From the NCBI GenBank assembly GCA_963823555.1, contig CAWGMA010000001.1, forward strand, positions 1,088,001 through 1,152,000: a DNA stretch of 64,000 nt. Reading direction: 5' to 3'. The notes below the pieces were generated by a model. It had not been told where the DNA came from. It saw only the letters and a program-made list of their open reading frames with translations, and ran no database searches. The DNA is from Candidatus Eiseniibacteriota bacterium (GTDB lineage: Bacteria; Eisenbacteria; RBG-16-71-46; CAVPCR01). Position 1 is the first letter of the stretch; every line of letters starts with the position of its first letter. A program made the translations under genes and the position numbers. Below are positions 37,107 through 45,805 of this stretch, piece after piece.

Positions 37107-39119
37107 ATGATGGACGGGCAATTGAACGAGCAGAAGACCAACGGCAGCATGCCCTCCCCGGATCCGGCCGATACGGCGGGCGAGACCGAGGGGCAGCCGG
37201 TGGGTGGTCCCGAATCCGCGATTGCGGGTCCGGAGGCCAGCAAGGAAGGAATCGACGCGGGAGACCCCGCGGCTGTCGCCGCTCCACCCAGCGCGACGGC
37301 TGGAAACCTCGCTGAGAGAGAGCTGCCTGCGGCGGCTGATGCGGCGATGGAAGCGACCACCAGCGTACCGGTGGAAGCGGAGGTCGAAGCGAGAGCGGGC
37401 GGTGCGGAGAACGCCTCCGGTGGCGAGCCCGAGGCTTCCGCTCCCGCCGAGCCGGTGGCGACCGCCAGCAGCGGCACACCGGAGCGGACGGAGGTGCCGA
37501 CTGCGGGCGAGGAGAAACCCGGGACGCCGGCTCAGAAGCCGGAAGCTCCAGAGGAGTCCGACGAGAGCGCGCCCTCGCCGATGGCGGAGCCGGGGTTCGC
37601 CGAACTCCTCGACAAGAGCCTGGAGCGGGTCCGTCCGGTCCGGGCGGGCGACCGGCTGCGCGCGGTGGTGCAACGCATCGAGGACCAGTGGGCGTTCCTC
37701 GATTATGGCGGACCGAGCGAAGCCCTGATCGAGACCCGCGAACTTCGCGATGCTGACGGCAACTTGAAGATCGGGGTGGGTGAACGCCTCGATGTCACCG
37801 TCTCCACTGCGGGCGATCAGGTGATCGTCAATCGCATGGTGCGGGCAAAGACTCGCGACCGGTCGGTGGTCAAGCAGGCCTTCGCCACAGTGGCCACGGT
37901 CGAGGGCAAGGTCACGGGAACCAACAAGGGTGGCTTCGACGTCCTCGTGTCCGGGTTCCGGGCCTTCTGTCCCATTTCTCAGATCGACCGCATCTACTGC
38001 ACCGATCCCCAGTCCTTCGTCGGGAAGACCCTGCCCTTCCGTATCATCGAATACAAGGAGGGTGGACGGCGGATCGTGGTGTCGCGCCGCGTACTTCTCG
38101 AGGACGAACGCAAGAAGGTGGCGGAAGAGACGCGCCGGCACCTCGCTGTGGGTGCGGAGATAGAAGGCACGGTGGTGCGGCTGCAGCCGTTCGGGGCATT
38201 CGTCGACATCGGCGGGATCGATGGCCTGGTCCATGTTTCCGAGCTTCGCCATGCCCGTGTCAGCGATCCCGCCGAGGCCGTCGCGGTGGGGCAGAGGGTC
38301 AAGGTGCGGGTGATCGGGATCGAGAAGCTGGGAGACGAGAAGAACGAGCGCATCTCTCTGTCGGCGAAGGCGCTCGAGTCAGATCCCTGGGGTGGGGTCG
38401 GTGACCAGCTCAAGGTCGGCGATATCGTCCAGGGTCGCGTCCTCCGCCTCATGAACTACGGAGCATTCGTGGAAGTGCTCCCTGGCATCGAGGGCCTGCT
38501 GCACCTGAGCGAGCTCGACAAGCGCGTTCGCCATCCGCGAGAAGCAATGAGCGAAGGCGATGCGGTCGAGGTGCGGATCCTCGAGTTCGACGCCGAGCGC
38601 AAGCGGCTATCGCTCTCGCGACGCCTCGATCCCTCCGCTGAACCGGTTGAAGCCCAACCGCTGAGCCTGGAGGCGGGGATGGCGATCGAGGGCAAGGTGT
38701 CGAACGTGAAGCCCTACGGGGTCTTCGTGCGTATCCACGAACCCAGATCAGGTGCGGATGGCCTGCTGCCGGTCGATGAAACCGGCCTCGATCGCGGCGT
38801 CGACCTGGCCCAGGCCTTTCCGGTCGGGTCCACGGTCGAGGCCGAGGTGCTTCGCATCGATGACCGTGGACGCATCCGCCTGACCAAGCGGTCGGCCGAG
38901 GAAAGGGCGCAGAAGGGCGAGCGCGAGCGCGGGCGACCACGGGGCGAGGGTGCCCGTGGTGCCGGGGAGCGTGGGGCCGAAGGCGGGCGGGGTGGCCGGC
39001 GGGACCGTGAGACCCCGGACGGCGCGGACAGCGACAACGAGCGGCGCGAGTCCAAAGTGGCAAGCGGGTTCGGCATCATGGCCAATGCCTTCAAGCGGGT
39101 GCTCGACGGACGAAGCTAG
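37107..39119 (+). CDS. Ribosomal protein S1-like RNA-binding protein (5 S1 domains, long acidic N-terminal extension; likely paralog)
   Basis: AGGAGA RBS; KGGFDV..RAFCPISQID, FGAFVDIGGIDGLVHVSEL, YGAFVEVLPGIEGLLHLSEL, YGVFV..DGLLP; C-terminal GFGIMANAF. Confidence 0.85.
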   Translation: MMDGQLNEQKTNGSMPSPDPADTAGETEGQPVGGPESAIAGPEASKEGIDAGDPAAVAAPPSATAGNLAERELPAAADAAMEATTSVPVEAEVEARAGGAENASGGEPEASAPAEPVATASSGTPERTEVPTAGEEKPGTPAQKPEAPEESDESAPSPMAEPGFAELLDKSLERVRPVRAGDRLRAVVQRIEDQWAFLDYGGPSEALIETRELRDADGNLKIGVGERLDVTVSTAGDQVIVNRMVRAKTRDRSVVKQAFATVATVEGKVTGTNKGGFDVLVSGFRAFCPISQIDRIYCTDPQSFVGKTLPFRIIEYKEGGRRIVVSRRVLLEDERKKVAEETRRHLAVGAEIEGTVVRLQPFGAFVDIGGIDGLVHVSELRHARVSDPAEAVAVGQRVKVRVIGIEKLGDEKNERISLSAKALESDPWGGVGDQLKVGDIVQGRVLRLMNYGAFVEVLPGIEGLLHLSELDKRVRHPREAMSEGDAVEVRILEFDAERKRLSLSRRLDPSAEPVEAQPLSLEAGMAIEGKVSNVKPYGVFVRIHEPRSGADGLLPVDETGLDRGVDLAQAFPVGSTVEAEVLRIDDRGRIRLTKRSAEERAQKGERERGRPRGEGARGAGERGAEGGRGGRRDRETPDGADSDNERRESKVASGFGIMANAFKRVLDGRS

Positions 39120-39131
39120 GCGCGCTGAGAG

Positions 39132-41003
39132 TTACTCACCCCCGGGAGGAGCCCATTCTCCCGGGGGTATTCTCTTGCCAGCTAGAAGCTCGACCGCGAC
39201 CGCGATGGCCATGAGGATGCCCGCGAGGGCCGCGTCGCGCGGCGACCTGACTGGGGCCGTGGCCAGCTCCGCCAGGCGATCCGCCGCGAAGAGATCATGG
39301 TCGGTCAGGGCCGGGCTCATGATGAGGTTCTGCCGGAGGGGAGCCAGGGGGCCGTCCAGCCAGGCCGGATAGTCGGCCAGCGGTAGCATCCCCTGGAATC
39401 CAAACCGAGAGGCCAGGCGGCCAGCCGAGCGCACAGCCGCGGCGATCGGCCACGGTGTTCCCGGAGGAGCTCCTGTGCGTTGCCATGGGATCCGGGCGAG
39501 CTCGGGATGATGCCGTACGAGGGCCTGAGCCAGCGCCCGTCCGAACCGCCGCTCGGCGAGCCGGAGCTCGGCCATCACGCCCAGGGCTGGCGCCTCCGCA
39601 TAGGGCGTGATCACGGACATGAAGTGGCGGTCGATAGCCAGCCCGGCGGCTGCCAGCCGCCCAACCCGAGTCGCGAGGAGGAACTGCCGCGCCCGGTCGG
39701 GAGCGGGACCCGGGGGCACCGCGGCCAGCGCTCGAACCAGGGCGGCTCGCGGCTGATCGGCGAGATCGGAAGCCATCCTCGGCTGGATGACAGCACTCAG
39801 CTCCCCCGGGCGCAGGATCTGGTTGAAGATCATGAACAGTCGCTCAGGGAGCGGAGGGCCGGGGAAGCTGTAGCGCGGATGCGCGAAGCTGCCGCCGAGA
39901 ACGGCGTCGCCGGCGAATCCGTTCCACTGGTGGGAGGCTCCCTGCCGCATCTCCCAGAGGATGTCCGCGCCATGGAAGTGGAGCGCAGAGACGTGGCCAT
40001 CCGTCAGCGCGGCACAGGGCTCGAGGACGCGTGCGAGGCCGTCCGGCGTCCAGGGTCTCACCTGGTGATCGACACCCACCACGGCGGCTGCACGGCGGGC
40101 AAGCCGCTCGTCGGCACACCCCGGCTGACCAAAGGTGAAGGCCCGGGGGTGGACACCCTGGGTGGCGAGGAGAGCCAGGACGAGACGGGAGTCCAGGCCG
40201 CCTGAAAGGAGGAGGGCAGGACGGTGGTCGGGAGCCAGGATTGATGAAGTGGTTTCGGCCAGGGCGGCGTGAACACGATCCGCGGCCATTGCCAGCGTTC
40301 TCCGCTGAGCCGGCTTGGATGGGACCTCGGTCCGCGTCCGCTCGACCTGAGCGGCGGTCAGCACGAAGCGCGCCCCGGGCGGCAGGGCCTCGACTCCGCG
40401 ATAGAGAGTGTGCTCCGCCAGGAGTTGCCCGAAGGTGAGCATCTCGGAAACACCGATCGGGTCGATGTCCACCGCCGGCGGGAGCTTGGCCAGCGGGAGC
40501 GCCGCGGAGCCGATCGCCACTCCCCGCGGGAGGAGCCGCATGTATAGCGGCCACGCTCCGAGCTGGTCGAGCACGAGCAGGAGACGCGATCCATCGAAGG
40601 CGATCGCCGCATGAGGGCAGGAGGTCAGGGGCCCCGATGGGCCCGGGATCTTCTCTGATCTCAGCGCAGCCAAGAGGGACCTCGCGGCCGGCAGGGCACG
40701 CCCCCCGGCCACAGCGATCGCTAGCGCGCCCTCCTCGTGGAGCAGGGCGGCCGAGCCCAGGTCCACCCCTTCATCCGCACCGGTCGCCGGCCCGGTCCCG
40801 CGGGGCGAGCGCGGCGACCGTTGCTCGGAGGAGATGACCGCAAAGGCACCTCCCGCGAAGTGCGCCCGGGCCAAGTGCTCCCATGTAGCCGACGGGCGCG
40901 AAAGAAGAACGTGCTCGAGATCCGTCGCGCTTCGCCCCGCACTCGATGGGTGATGCGGCGGGACCTCCGGTTCCCAGTGGATGACTGCGAACAGGCCAGC
41001 CAT
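39132..41003 (-). CDS. Asparagine-synthetase-like amide ligase lacking the N-terminal catalytic Cys
   Basis: Start MAGLFAVI; DQLGAWPLY, TLYRGVEALPPG, LLSGGLDSR, FTFG, NGFAGDAVLGG. Confidence 0.75.
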   Translation of the reverse strand: MAGLFAVIHWEPEVPPHHPSSAGRSATDLEHVLLSRPSATWEHLARAHFAGGAFAVISSEQRSPRSPRGTGPATGADEGVDLGSAALLHEEGALAIAVAGGRALPAARSLLAALRSEKIPGPSGPLTSCPHAAIAFDGSRLLLVLDQLGAWPLYMRLLPRGVAIGSAALPLAKLPPAVDIDPIGVSEMLTFGQLLAEHTLYRGVEALPPGARFVLTAAQVERTRTEVPSKPAQRRTLAMAADRVHAALAETTSSILAPDHRPALLLSGGLDSRLVLALLATQGVHPRAFTFGQPGCADERLARRAAAVVGVDHQVRPWTPDGLARVLEPCAALTDGHVSALHFHGADILWEMRQGASHQWNGFAGDAVLGGSFAHPRYSFPGPPLPERLFMIFNQILRPGELSAVIQPRMASDLADQPRAALVRALAAVPPGPAPDRARQFLLATRVGRLAAAGLAIDRHFMSVITPYAEAPALGVMAELRLAERRFGRALAQALVRHHPELARIPWQRTGAPPGTPWPIAAAVRSAGRLASRFGFQGMLPLADYPAWLDGPLAPLRQNLIMSPALTDHDLFAADRLAELATAPVRSPRDAALAGILMAIAVAVELLAGKRIPPGEWAPPGGE

Positions 41004-41290
41004 CCGGCTAATCGTCCATCTGCCGAACCGGGGTCGGCTCGGTCTCGGGCGTGATGGGGCGCGCCCTGCCTCGGCAACAAGGCAAGGACTCTCGAGTCCA
41101 TTGGCATGGGGTTTGTAGGTGGGGCGGCGCACCCTGTGACATCGGCCAACCGCATGTTGCGACGGACCTCGTCATCAGATCCGGAAGGGGGCGCCTCGGC
41201 GTCCTCGCCATAACCTCCGCTCGGGCGCAAAGACCTGTGGATGAGCGGCTTCCGGAAGGTGAAGAAAGCGGCAAACAGACAAAAAAGCCG

Positions 41291-41320
41291 TTGACACCTG
41301 CCGCGTGTGACGGATAAGTT
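41291..41320 (+). promoter_or_regulatory. sigma70-type promoter of the dcw operon
   Basis: A-tract, TTGACA (41291-41296), 18-nt spacer, TAAGTT (41315-41320). Confidence 0.7.
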
Positions 41321-41331
41321 CCCGGCGCTTG

Positions 41332-41379
41332 GTGGTGAAAAGTGGGTTTCAACAGGCACCTATTCCCATCAAGTGGGTT
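41332..41379 (+). promoter_or_regulatory. MraZ-binding operator (GTGG repeats)
   Basis: GTGG-N6-GTGG at 41332 and 41342; AAGTGGGTT repeated at 41340 and 41371, upstream of mraZ. Confidence 0.6.
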
Positions 41380-41458
41380 CACCGTCCAATATCAGACCAC
41401 TTGTTTGAGTAGTCTCCGTGGTGAACTCCTGGGGTGACTCGTCACGATCGAGGTCTCC

Positions 41459-41902
41459 GTGCCGGGCGTATACATCGGGGAAGACCTGCATTCCATCGAC
41501 GCCAAGGGACGCCTCAACGTACCGGCGCGCCATCGCCGGGTCGCGGCCAAGCACGGGGGCCTCACGCTCTGGATCATGCCGGGTTTCGAGGAATGTCTCG
41601 TCATCCTCGATGACGAGGGCTACCACGCATTCGCGGATCGGATTCGAAGCTTGCCCATGAACGCCGAGGAGGCGCGCCTGTTCGAGCGCAAGCTCTACCC
41701 GCGCATCGCCGAGGCGGAACCTGATCAGCAAGGTCGGATCGTCATCCCGGAGAATCTGCGGCGGTATGCCGGTCTCGAGGGCGAGGCTCTCTTGCGCGGG
41801 ACCAACAACCGCATCGAAGTCTGGAATCCGGCTCGCTGGGCGAACTATGAGGCGGCTCACGACCAGTCCATGGCCGAGATTGCCAAGAATCTCATCTTCT
41901 GA
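41459..41902 (+). CDS. mraZ: Transcriptional regulator MraZ
   Basis: HSIDAKGRLNVP, GFEECL, DQQGRIVIP..LRRYAGL, RIEVWN. Confidence 0.95.
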   Translation: MPGVYIGEDLHSIDAKGRLNVPARHRRVAAKHGGLTLWIMPGFEECLVILDDEGYHAFADRIRSLPMNAEEARLFERKLYPRIAEAEPDQQGRIVIPENLRRYAGLEGEALLRGTNNRIEVWNPARWANYEAAHDQSMAEIAKNLIF

Positions 41903-41912
41903 TGGGTGAATC

Positions 41913-42848
41913 GTGGGGCTCCAATCAGCCCACCGTCCGGTCCTGGTCGCCGAGGTGCTCGCGCATCTCGTCACGGACCTGACCGGCAGGTACGTGGACC
42001 TCACGGTCGGGGGGGGAGGACATGCCGAAGCGATTCTCATGGCTCTTGCACCCGCGGGGACACTCCTCGGTGTAGATCGCGATCCGGCACAGGTGGCCTT
42101 GGCCTCCATGCGTCTCGCCCGGTTCGGTGCCCGGGTCGAGGTGGTGGTGGGACGGGCTCAGGATCTTACAGCGATCCTCGCAGTTCGGGGGATCGAGCAG
42201 GTGGACGGCGTGCTGCTCGACCTGGGGCTCTCCAGTGACCAACTAGCTGCGGGCCGGGGATTCAGCTTCGAGGGCGACGCCCCCCTCGACCTGCGATTCA
42301 ACCCCGGCGAGGACCGCGAGACGGCTGCTCAGCTACTGGAGCGGCTCGAGGACACCGAGATCGCCGAGCTCCTCATGAGCTACGGCGAGTTCCCTCGCGG
42401 TCAGGCCCACCGGCTGGCCCGCCGCCTGGTGCAAACCCGGGATCGCGCGCCCTTGGCGCGGGTGGCGGACCTCCGTGCCGCCGTGCTCCCCCTCCTGCCT
42501 CCGGCGCGTCGCGCCCAGACGCTTGCTCGCATCTTCCAGACCTTGCGCATCGCGGTGAACGACGAGCTCGACCAGGTCGAGGGCAGCCTCCATGCCGCAT
42601 CCGATGCGCTGCGCCCGCACGGCGTGCTGTGCGTCATTTCCTACCACTCACTCGAGGATCGCATGGTGAAGCGGTTCTTGAGCCCCCCGGCTCCGCCGCG
42701 ACGCGATCTGCCGCCGCCGCCTGGATGGCCGGTGCCACGTTTCGTTCTGCTCACGCGAGGAGCCGTGCGCCCCTCGCCGGAGGAGATCTCGTTGAACCCA
42801 CGGGCCCGCAGCGCACGCCTGCGTGCGGGCCGGCGGAGGGATGGATGA
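41913..42848 (+). CDS. rsmH: 16S rRNA m4C1402 methyltransferase
   Basis: HRPVL, DLTVGGGGHA, DLGLSSDQL, FQTLRIAVNDEL, ISYHSLEDR, NPRARSARLR. Confidence 0.95.
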   Translation: MGLQSAHRPVLVAEVLAHLVTDLTGRYVDLTVGGGGHAEAILMALAPAGTLLGVDRDPAQVALASMRLARFGARVEVVVGRAQDLTAILAVRGIEQVDGVLLDLGLSSDQLAAGRGFSFEGDAPLDLRFNPGEDRETAAQLLERLEDTEIAELLMSYGEFPRGQAHRLARRLVQTRDRAPLARVADLRAAVLPLLPPARRAQTLARIFQTLRIAVNDELDQVEGSLHAASDALRPHGVLCVISYHSLEDRMVKRFLSPPAPPRRDLPPPPGWPVPRFVLLTRGAVRPSPEEISLNPRARSARLRAGRRRDG

Positions 42849-43426
42849 CAAGCTACCAGCGACCCGGGCGCCGGCCTGGGTTTGGTTCATGGCGGCGCGA
42901 CGCTCTGTTCACCGTCGCGCTCGCCGTTTCGATAGGGCTCATCGTCACGCGCCTCGTGGCCGGTGTCTCCATGCTCGATCAGGCTCAGGCCGTCGGAAAG
43001 CTGGAGCAGGACATCGAGATCCTCGCGCGCGAAGTCGATCGGGAGCACGTGGAGGTGGGGCGTTTGACTGCCTTGTCGCGGATCGAAGGTCGAGCCTTGG
43101 AGCTTGGACTTTCCCGCACCGAATCCGGGGCTGTCAGACTGCTCGCATCCGGCGAGCTCCCCGTGGTACCCGAAGCACGTCCGCTCGGGGCACCCGGAGC
43201 CGGCGCCCGCGGGAGCTGGTTGTTTCGCGTTTGGAATTCGGCGCGAGTGTCGGTCGCGCAGGCCGACATCTCCGCTCGGGAAAGGGCGGGAGCGGTCGTG
43301 GGAGGAGCGGTTCCTGTCGCTCCGGCCGCGGCATCCGCTCTCGCCGCAGGTGGAACTGGCGGCGAGGGCGTTGAGCAGTGCGAGATCTGCCGCGCCATCG
43401 CCGCCGGCAAGAAGGTGAGCCACTAG
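42845..43426 (+). CDS. ftsL: FtsL-like cell division protein with extended C-terminus
   Basis: Between rsmH and ftsI; basic N-terminus, one TM, coiled coil, LSRIEGRA.ELGL. Confidence 0.7.
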   Translation: MTSYQRPGRRPGFGSWRRDALFTVALAVSIGLIVTRLVAGVSMLDQAQAVGKLEQDIEILAREVDREHVEVGRLTALSRIEGRALELGLSRTESGAVRLLASGELPVVPEARPLGAPGAGARGSWLFRVWNSARVSVAQADISARERAGAVVGGAVPVAPAAASALAAGGTGGEGVEQCEICRAIAAGKKVSH

Positions 43427-43515
43427 GGACCGGTGGCGGGTCCGACCCCGGTCGGATCCTGGACAGGACCGGCGTTTCGATCGAAGTTCGGCCCAGGGAT
43501 GGGAGATTGTCGGCA

Positions 43516-45795
43516 ATGCGTCTTGTGATTCGCGGTCGCCGCACGGGCCAGAGCCGCAGCCGTGCATTCAAGCGGCGGCATGCCGGGCGGCCGTGGCGAT
43601 CCGTGGTCGAAGGTGCCCTGGAGGCTCGCGGGGGGGTGCTGCCACCCGTGGCCGCGCGCGTCGCCATCGTTCGGATCCTGCTCGTTATCGGGTTCTCGAT
43701 CCTCGTCGTTCGCCTGTTCTGCCTCCAGATTCTCGATCACAGCGACTTCTCGCGCCGCGCCATGGTCCAGCAGGAGCGGCGGGTCCCGGTAGCCGCCGTC
43801 CGCGGTGATGTGGTGGACCGTGAGGGACGCGTGCTGCTCCATACGCTCACTTGCCGCACGCTCGTGGCTCGCCCGGCCGCAATCGCCGATCGGGACGCCC
43901 TGGCCAAGGCGCTGGCTCCGATCATCCATCGTCCGGCGGCGGAGATCCGCCGCTCGCTGTCGAAGCGCGCTCGCCTGATCGAACTGGACAGCCAGGTGGA
44001 CCTCGAGGAAGCCGCTGCACTCGGCCGCTTGCGCCTCGCGGGTTTGAGCATCGAAGAGGCCGGCCGGCGCGTGAAGCTGATCGATGGCTGCGATCTTCTC
44101 GGGGCCGTGAACCGCGACGGGGTTGGTGACGAGGGCATTGAGCGCGCGATGGAGGAGTTCCTGCGCGGGCAGAGCGGCTGGGAGACGCGCTTCACCAAGG
44201 CCGACGGGCGCGTGATTCCGCTGCCGGGTGGGACGGCCAAGCCGGCCACGCCCGGCGACCGCGTCGTCCTGACCATCGATGCCAGCACGCAATGGATGGT
44301 GGAGGACGCGCTGGCTCGAGCCGTGGACGAGCATTCCGCACGCGGTGGATCGGCGGTACTCGTCGAGGTCGAGAGCGGGGAGGTGATCGCGCTCGCTGCG
44401 GTCGGGGCCGCTGGCCCGGGCGCGGGCCGTCGCGCCAACCGCCTTGCACCCATCGAGGACACCTTCGAACCCGGCTCCACCTTCAAGATCGTGACCTTCG
44501 CCGCCGCCCTCGACAAGGGGTTGGTCGACGACAACTCGGTCTTCTTTGCCGAGAATGGCCGCGCCCGGCTCGGCCCTTGCGAGATCCGCGATGTGAAGAA
44601 GATGGGCTGGCTGTGCACGGCCGACGTGATCGCTCAATCATCGAACATCGCCACGGCCAAGATCGGGCTCCAGGTTGGGGCTCAGGATCTCTACGCCGCT
44701 GCCCGCCGGCTCGGCTTCGGCATGCCAACGCACATCGAACTGCCCGGAGAAGTCGGTGGCATCCTGCGCCCGGTCGAGGCGTGGAGTGGACGTTCGACGC
44801 CGACCGTGGCCATCGGCCAGGAGGTGGCGGTGACGTCGCTCCAGATGGTCATGGCCTATGCCGCCATTGCGGGCGGGGGTGAGCTGCGCCGTCCCCGGAT
44901 CGTGCGCGAGGTCATTCGCGCGGACGGCCAAGTCCGCCTGAGCTCCACTCCCGAGGTGGTGCGGCGGGTGATGAGCCCGGAGACGGCGGCGACACTGACC
45001 CGTTACCTGACCCGGGTGGTCGAGCACGGCACGGGGAAGCGGGCCCGGGTGCCGGGGGTCCTGGTCGCTGGGAAGACCGGCACGGCGCAGAAGGCGCGCA
45101 CCGACGGTCGGGGGTATGCTCAAGGGCGGTATGTCTCTTCGTTCATCGGGTTCTTCCCCGCGGATCGTCCCCGCTATGCGCTGACGGTCTCGATCGACGA
45201 GCCCGCCGGAATGCACTATGGCGGGGAGGTGGCGGCGCCCGTATTCCGGGAGGTGGCCACGGCCCTCTTGGGTCCCACGAACCAGGTTCAAGGATTGGAG
45301 CTGGTCTCGGTTCCCGCCGAGCGGAAGGCGGTTGAGGCCGTGGTCCCCGATCTCAAGTTCCTGACCCCGGAAGCGGCGCGGGCGCGTCTGGCCGCCATGG
45401 ACTTGATCCCGGCCATGGTCGCCGATGGCGAGCGCATCTTGACCCAGGAACCCGAGGCCGGTTCCCACGTTCCGGTGCGAACGGTCATCAAGCTCGGATG
45501 CGAGCCGGCTGCCGCGGCGGCCATGCCCGATGTCCAGGGGCTCTCGCTCCGGGAGGCACTGAGCCGCCTCCGCGGCCTGGGCCTCGAGGTGCGAGTGCAG
45601 GGTTCGGGGCGGGTGGTCACCCAGTCCATCGCTCCCGGCACCGAGCTCAAGGCGGCGCGGTTGTGCCGGCTGGTTCTCGATACCAGCGAGCACGGGCCGA
45701 GAGGGCGCCGTCAGCCCACCAGGCCCGCTTCCGAGCGGGAAGTGCCGTCGATCATCGCCGCAGCCGAAGTCGGCGGCGGTGGCCACCACCGTTGA
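43516..45795 (+). CDS. ftsI: Peptidoglycan transpeptidase FtsI/PBP3 with two PASTA domains
   Basis: RGDVVDREG, EPGSTFK, SSN, GKTGTAQK; VPDL and MPDVQGLSLREA PASTA repeats. Confidence 0.92.
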   Translation: MRLVIRGRRTGQSRSRAFKRRHAGRPWRSVVEGALEARGGVLPPVAARVAIVRILLVIGFSILVVRLFCLQILDHSDFSRRAMVQQERRVPVAAVRGDVVDREGRVLLHTLTCRTLVARPAAIADRDALAKALAPIIHRPAAEIRRSLSKRARLIELDSQVDLEEAAALGRLRLAGLSIEEAGRRVKLIDGCDLLGAVNRDGVGDEGIERAMEEFLRGQSGWETRFTKADGRVIPLPGGTAKPATPGDRVVLTIDASTQWMVEDALARAVDEHSARGGSAVLVEVESGEVIALAAVGAAGPGAGRRANRLAPIEDTFEPGSTFKIVTFAAALDKGLVDDNSVFFAENGRARLGPCEIRDVKKMGWLCTADVIAQSSNIATAKIGLQVGAQDLYAAARRLGFGMPTHIELPGEVGGILRPVEAWSGRSTPTVAIGQEVAVTSLQMVMAYAAIAGGGELRRPRIVREVIRADGQVRLSSTPEVVRRVMSPETAATLTRYLTRVVEHGTGKRARVPGVLVAGKTGTAQKARTDGRGYAQGRYVSSFIGFFPADRPRYALTVSIDEPAGMHYGGEVAAPVFREVATALLGPTNQVQGLELVSVPAERKAVEAVVPDLKFLTPEAARARLAAMDLIPAMVADGERILTQEPEAGSHVPVRTVIKLGCEPAAAAAMPDVQGLSLREALSRLRGLGLEVRVQGSGRVVTQSIAPGTELKAARLCRLVLDTSEHGPRGRRQPTRPASEREVPSIIAAAEVGGGGHHR

Positions 45796-45805
45796 GGGAG
45801 ATGGG

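Noticed and set aside
39132..41003. Lasso peptide cluster
   Set aside because: No precursor, B1/PqqD or B2 peptidase is adjacent.
41101..41117. sigma54-like TTGGCATGGGGTTTGTA
   Set aside because: The -12 element is GT rather than the conserved GC, and a better sigma70 promoter lies downstream.
41004..41290. RNase P RNA or other ncRNA upstream of mraZ
   Set aside because: No GAGGAAAGTCC or other recognisable signature.
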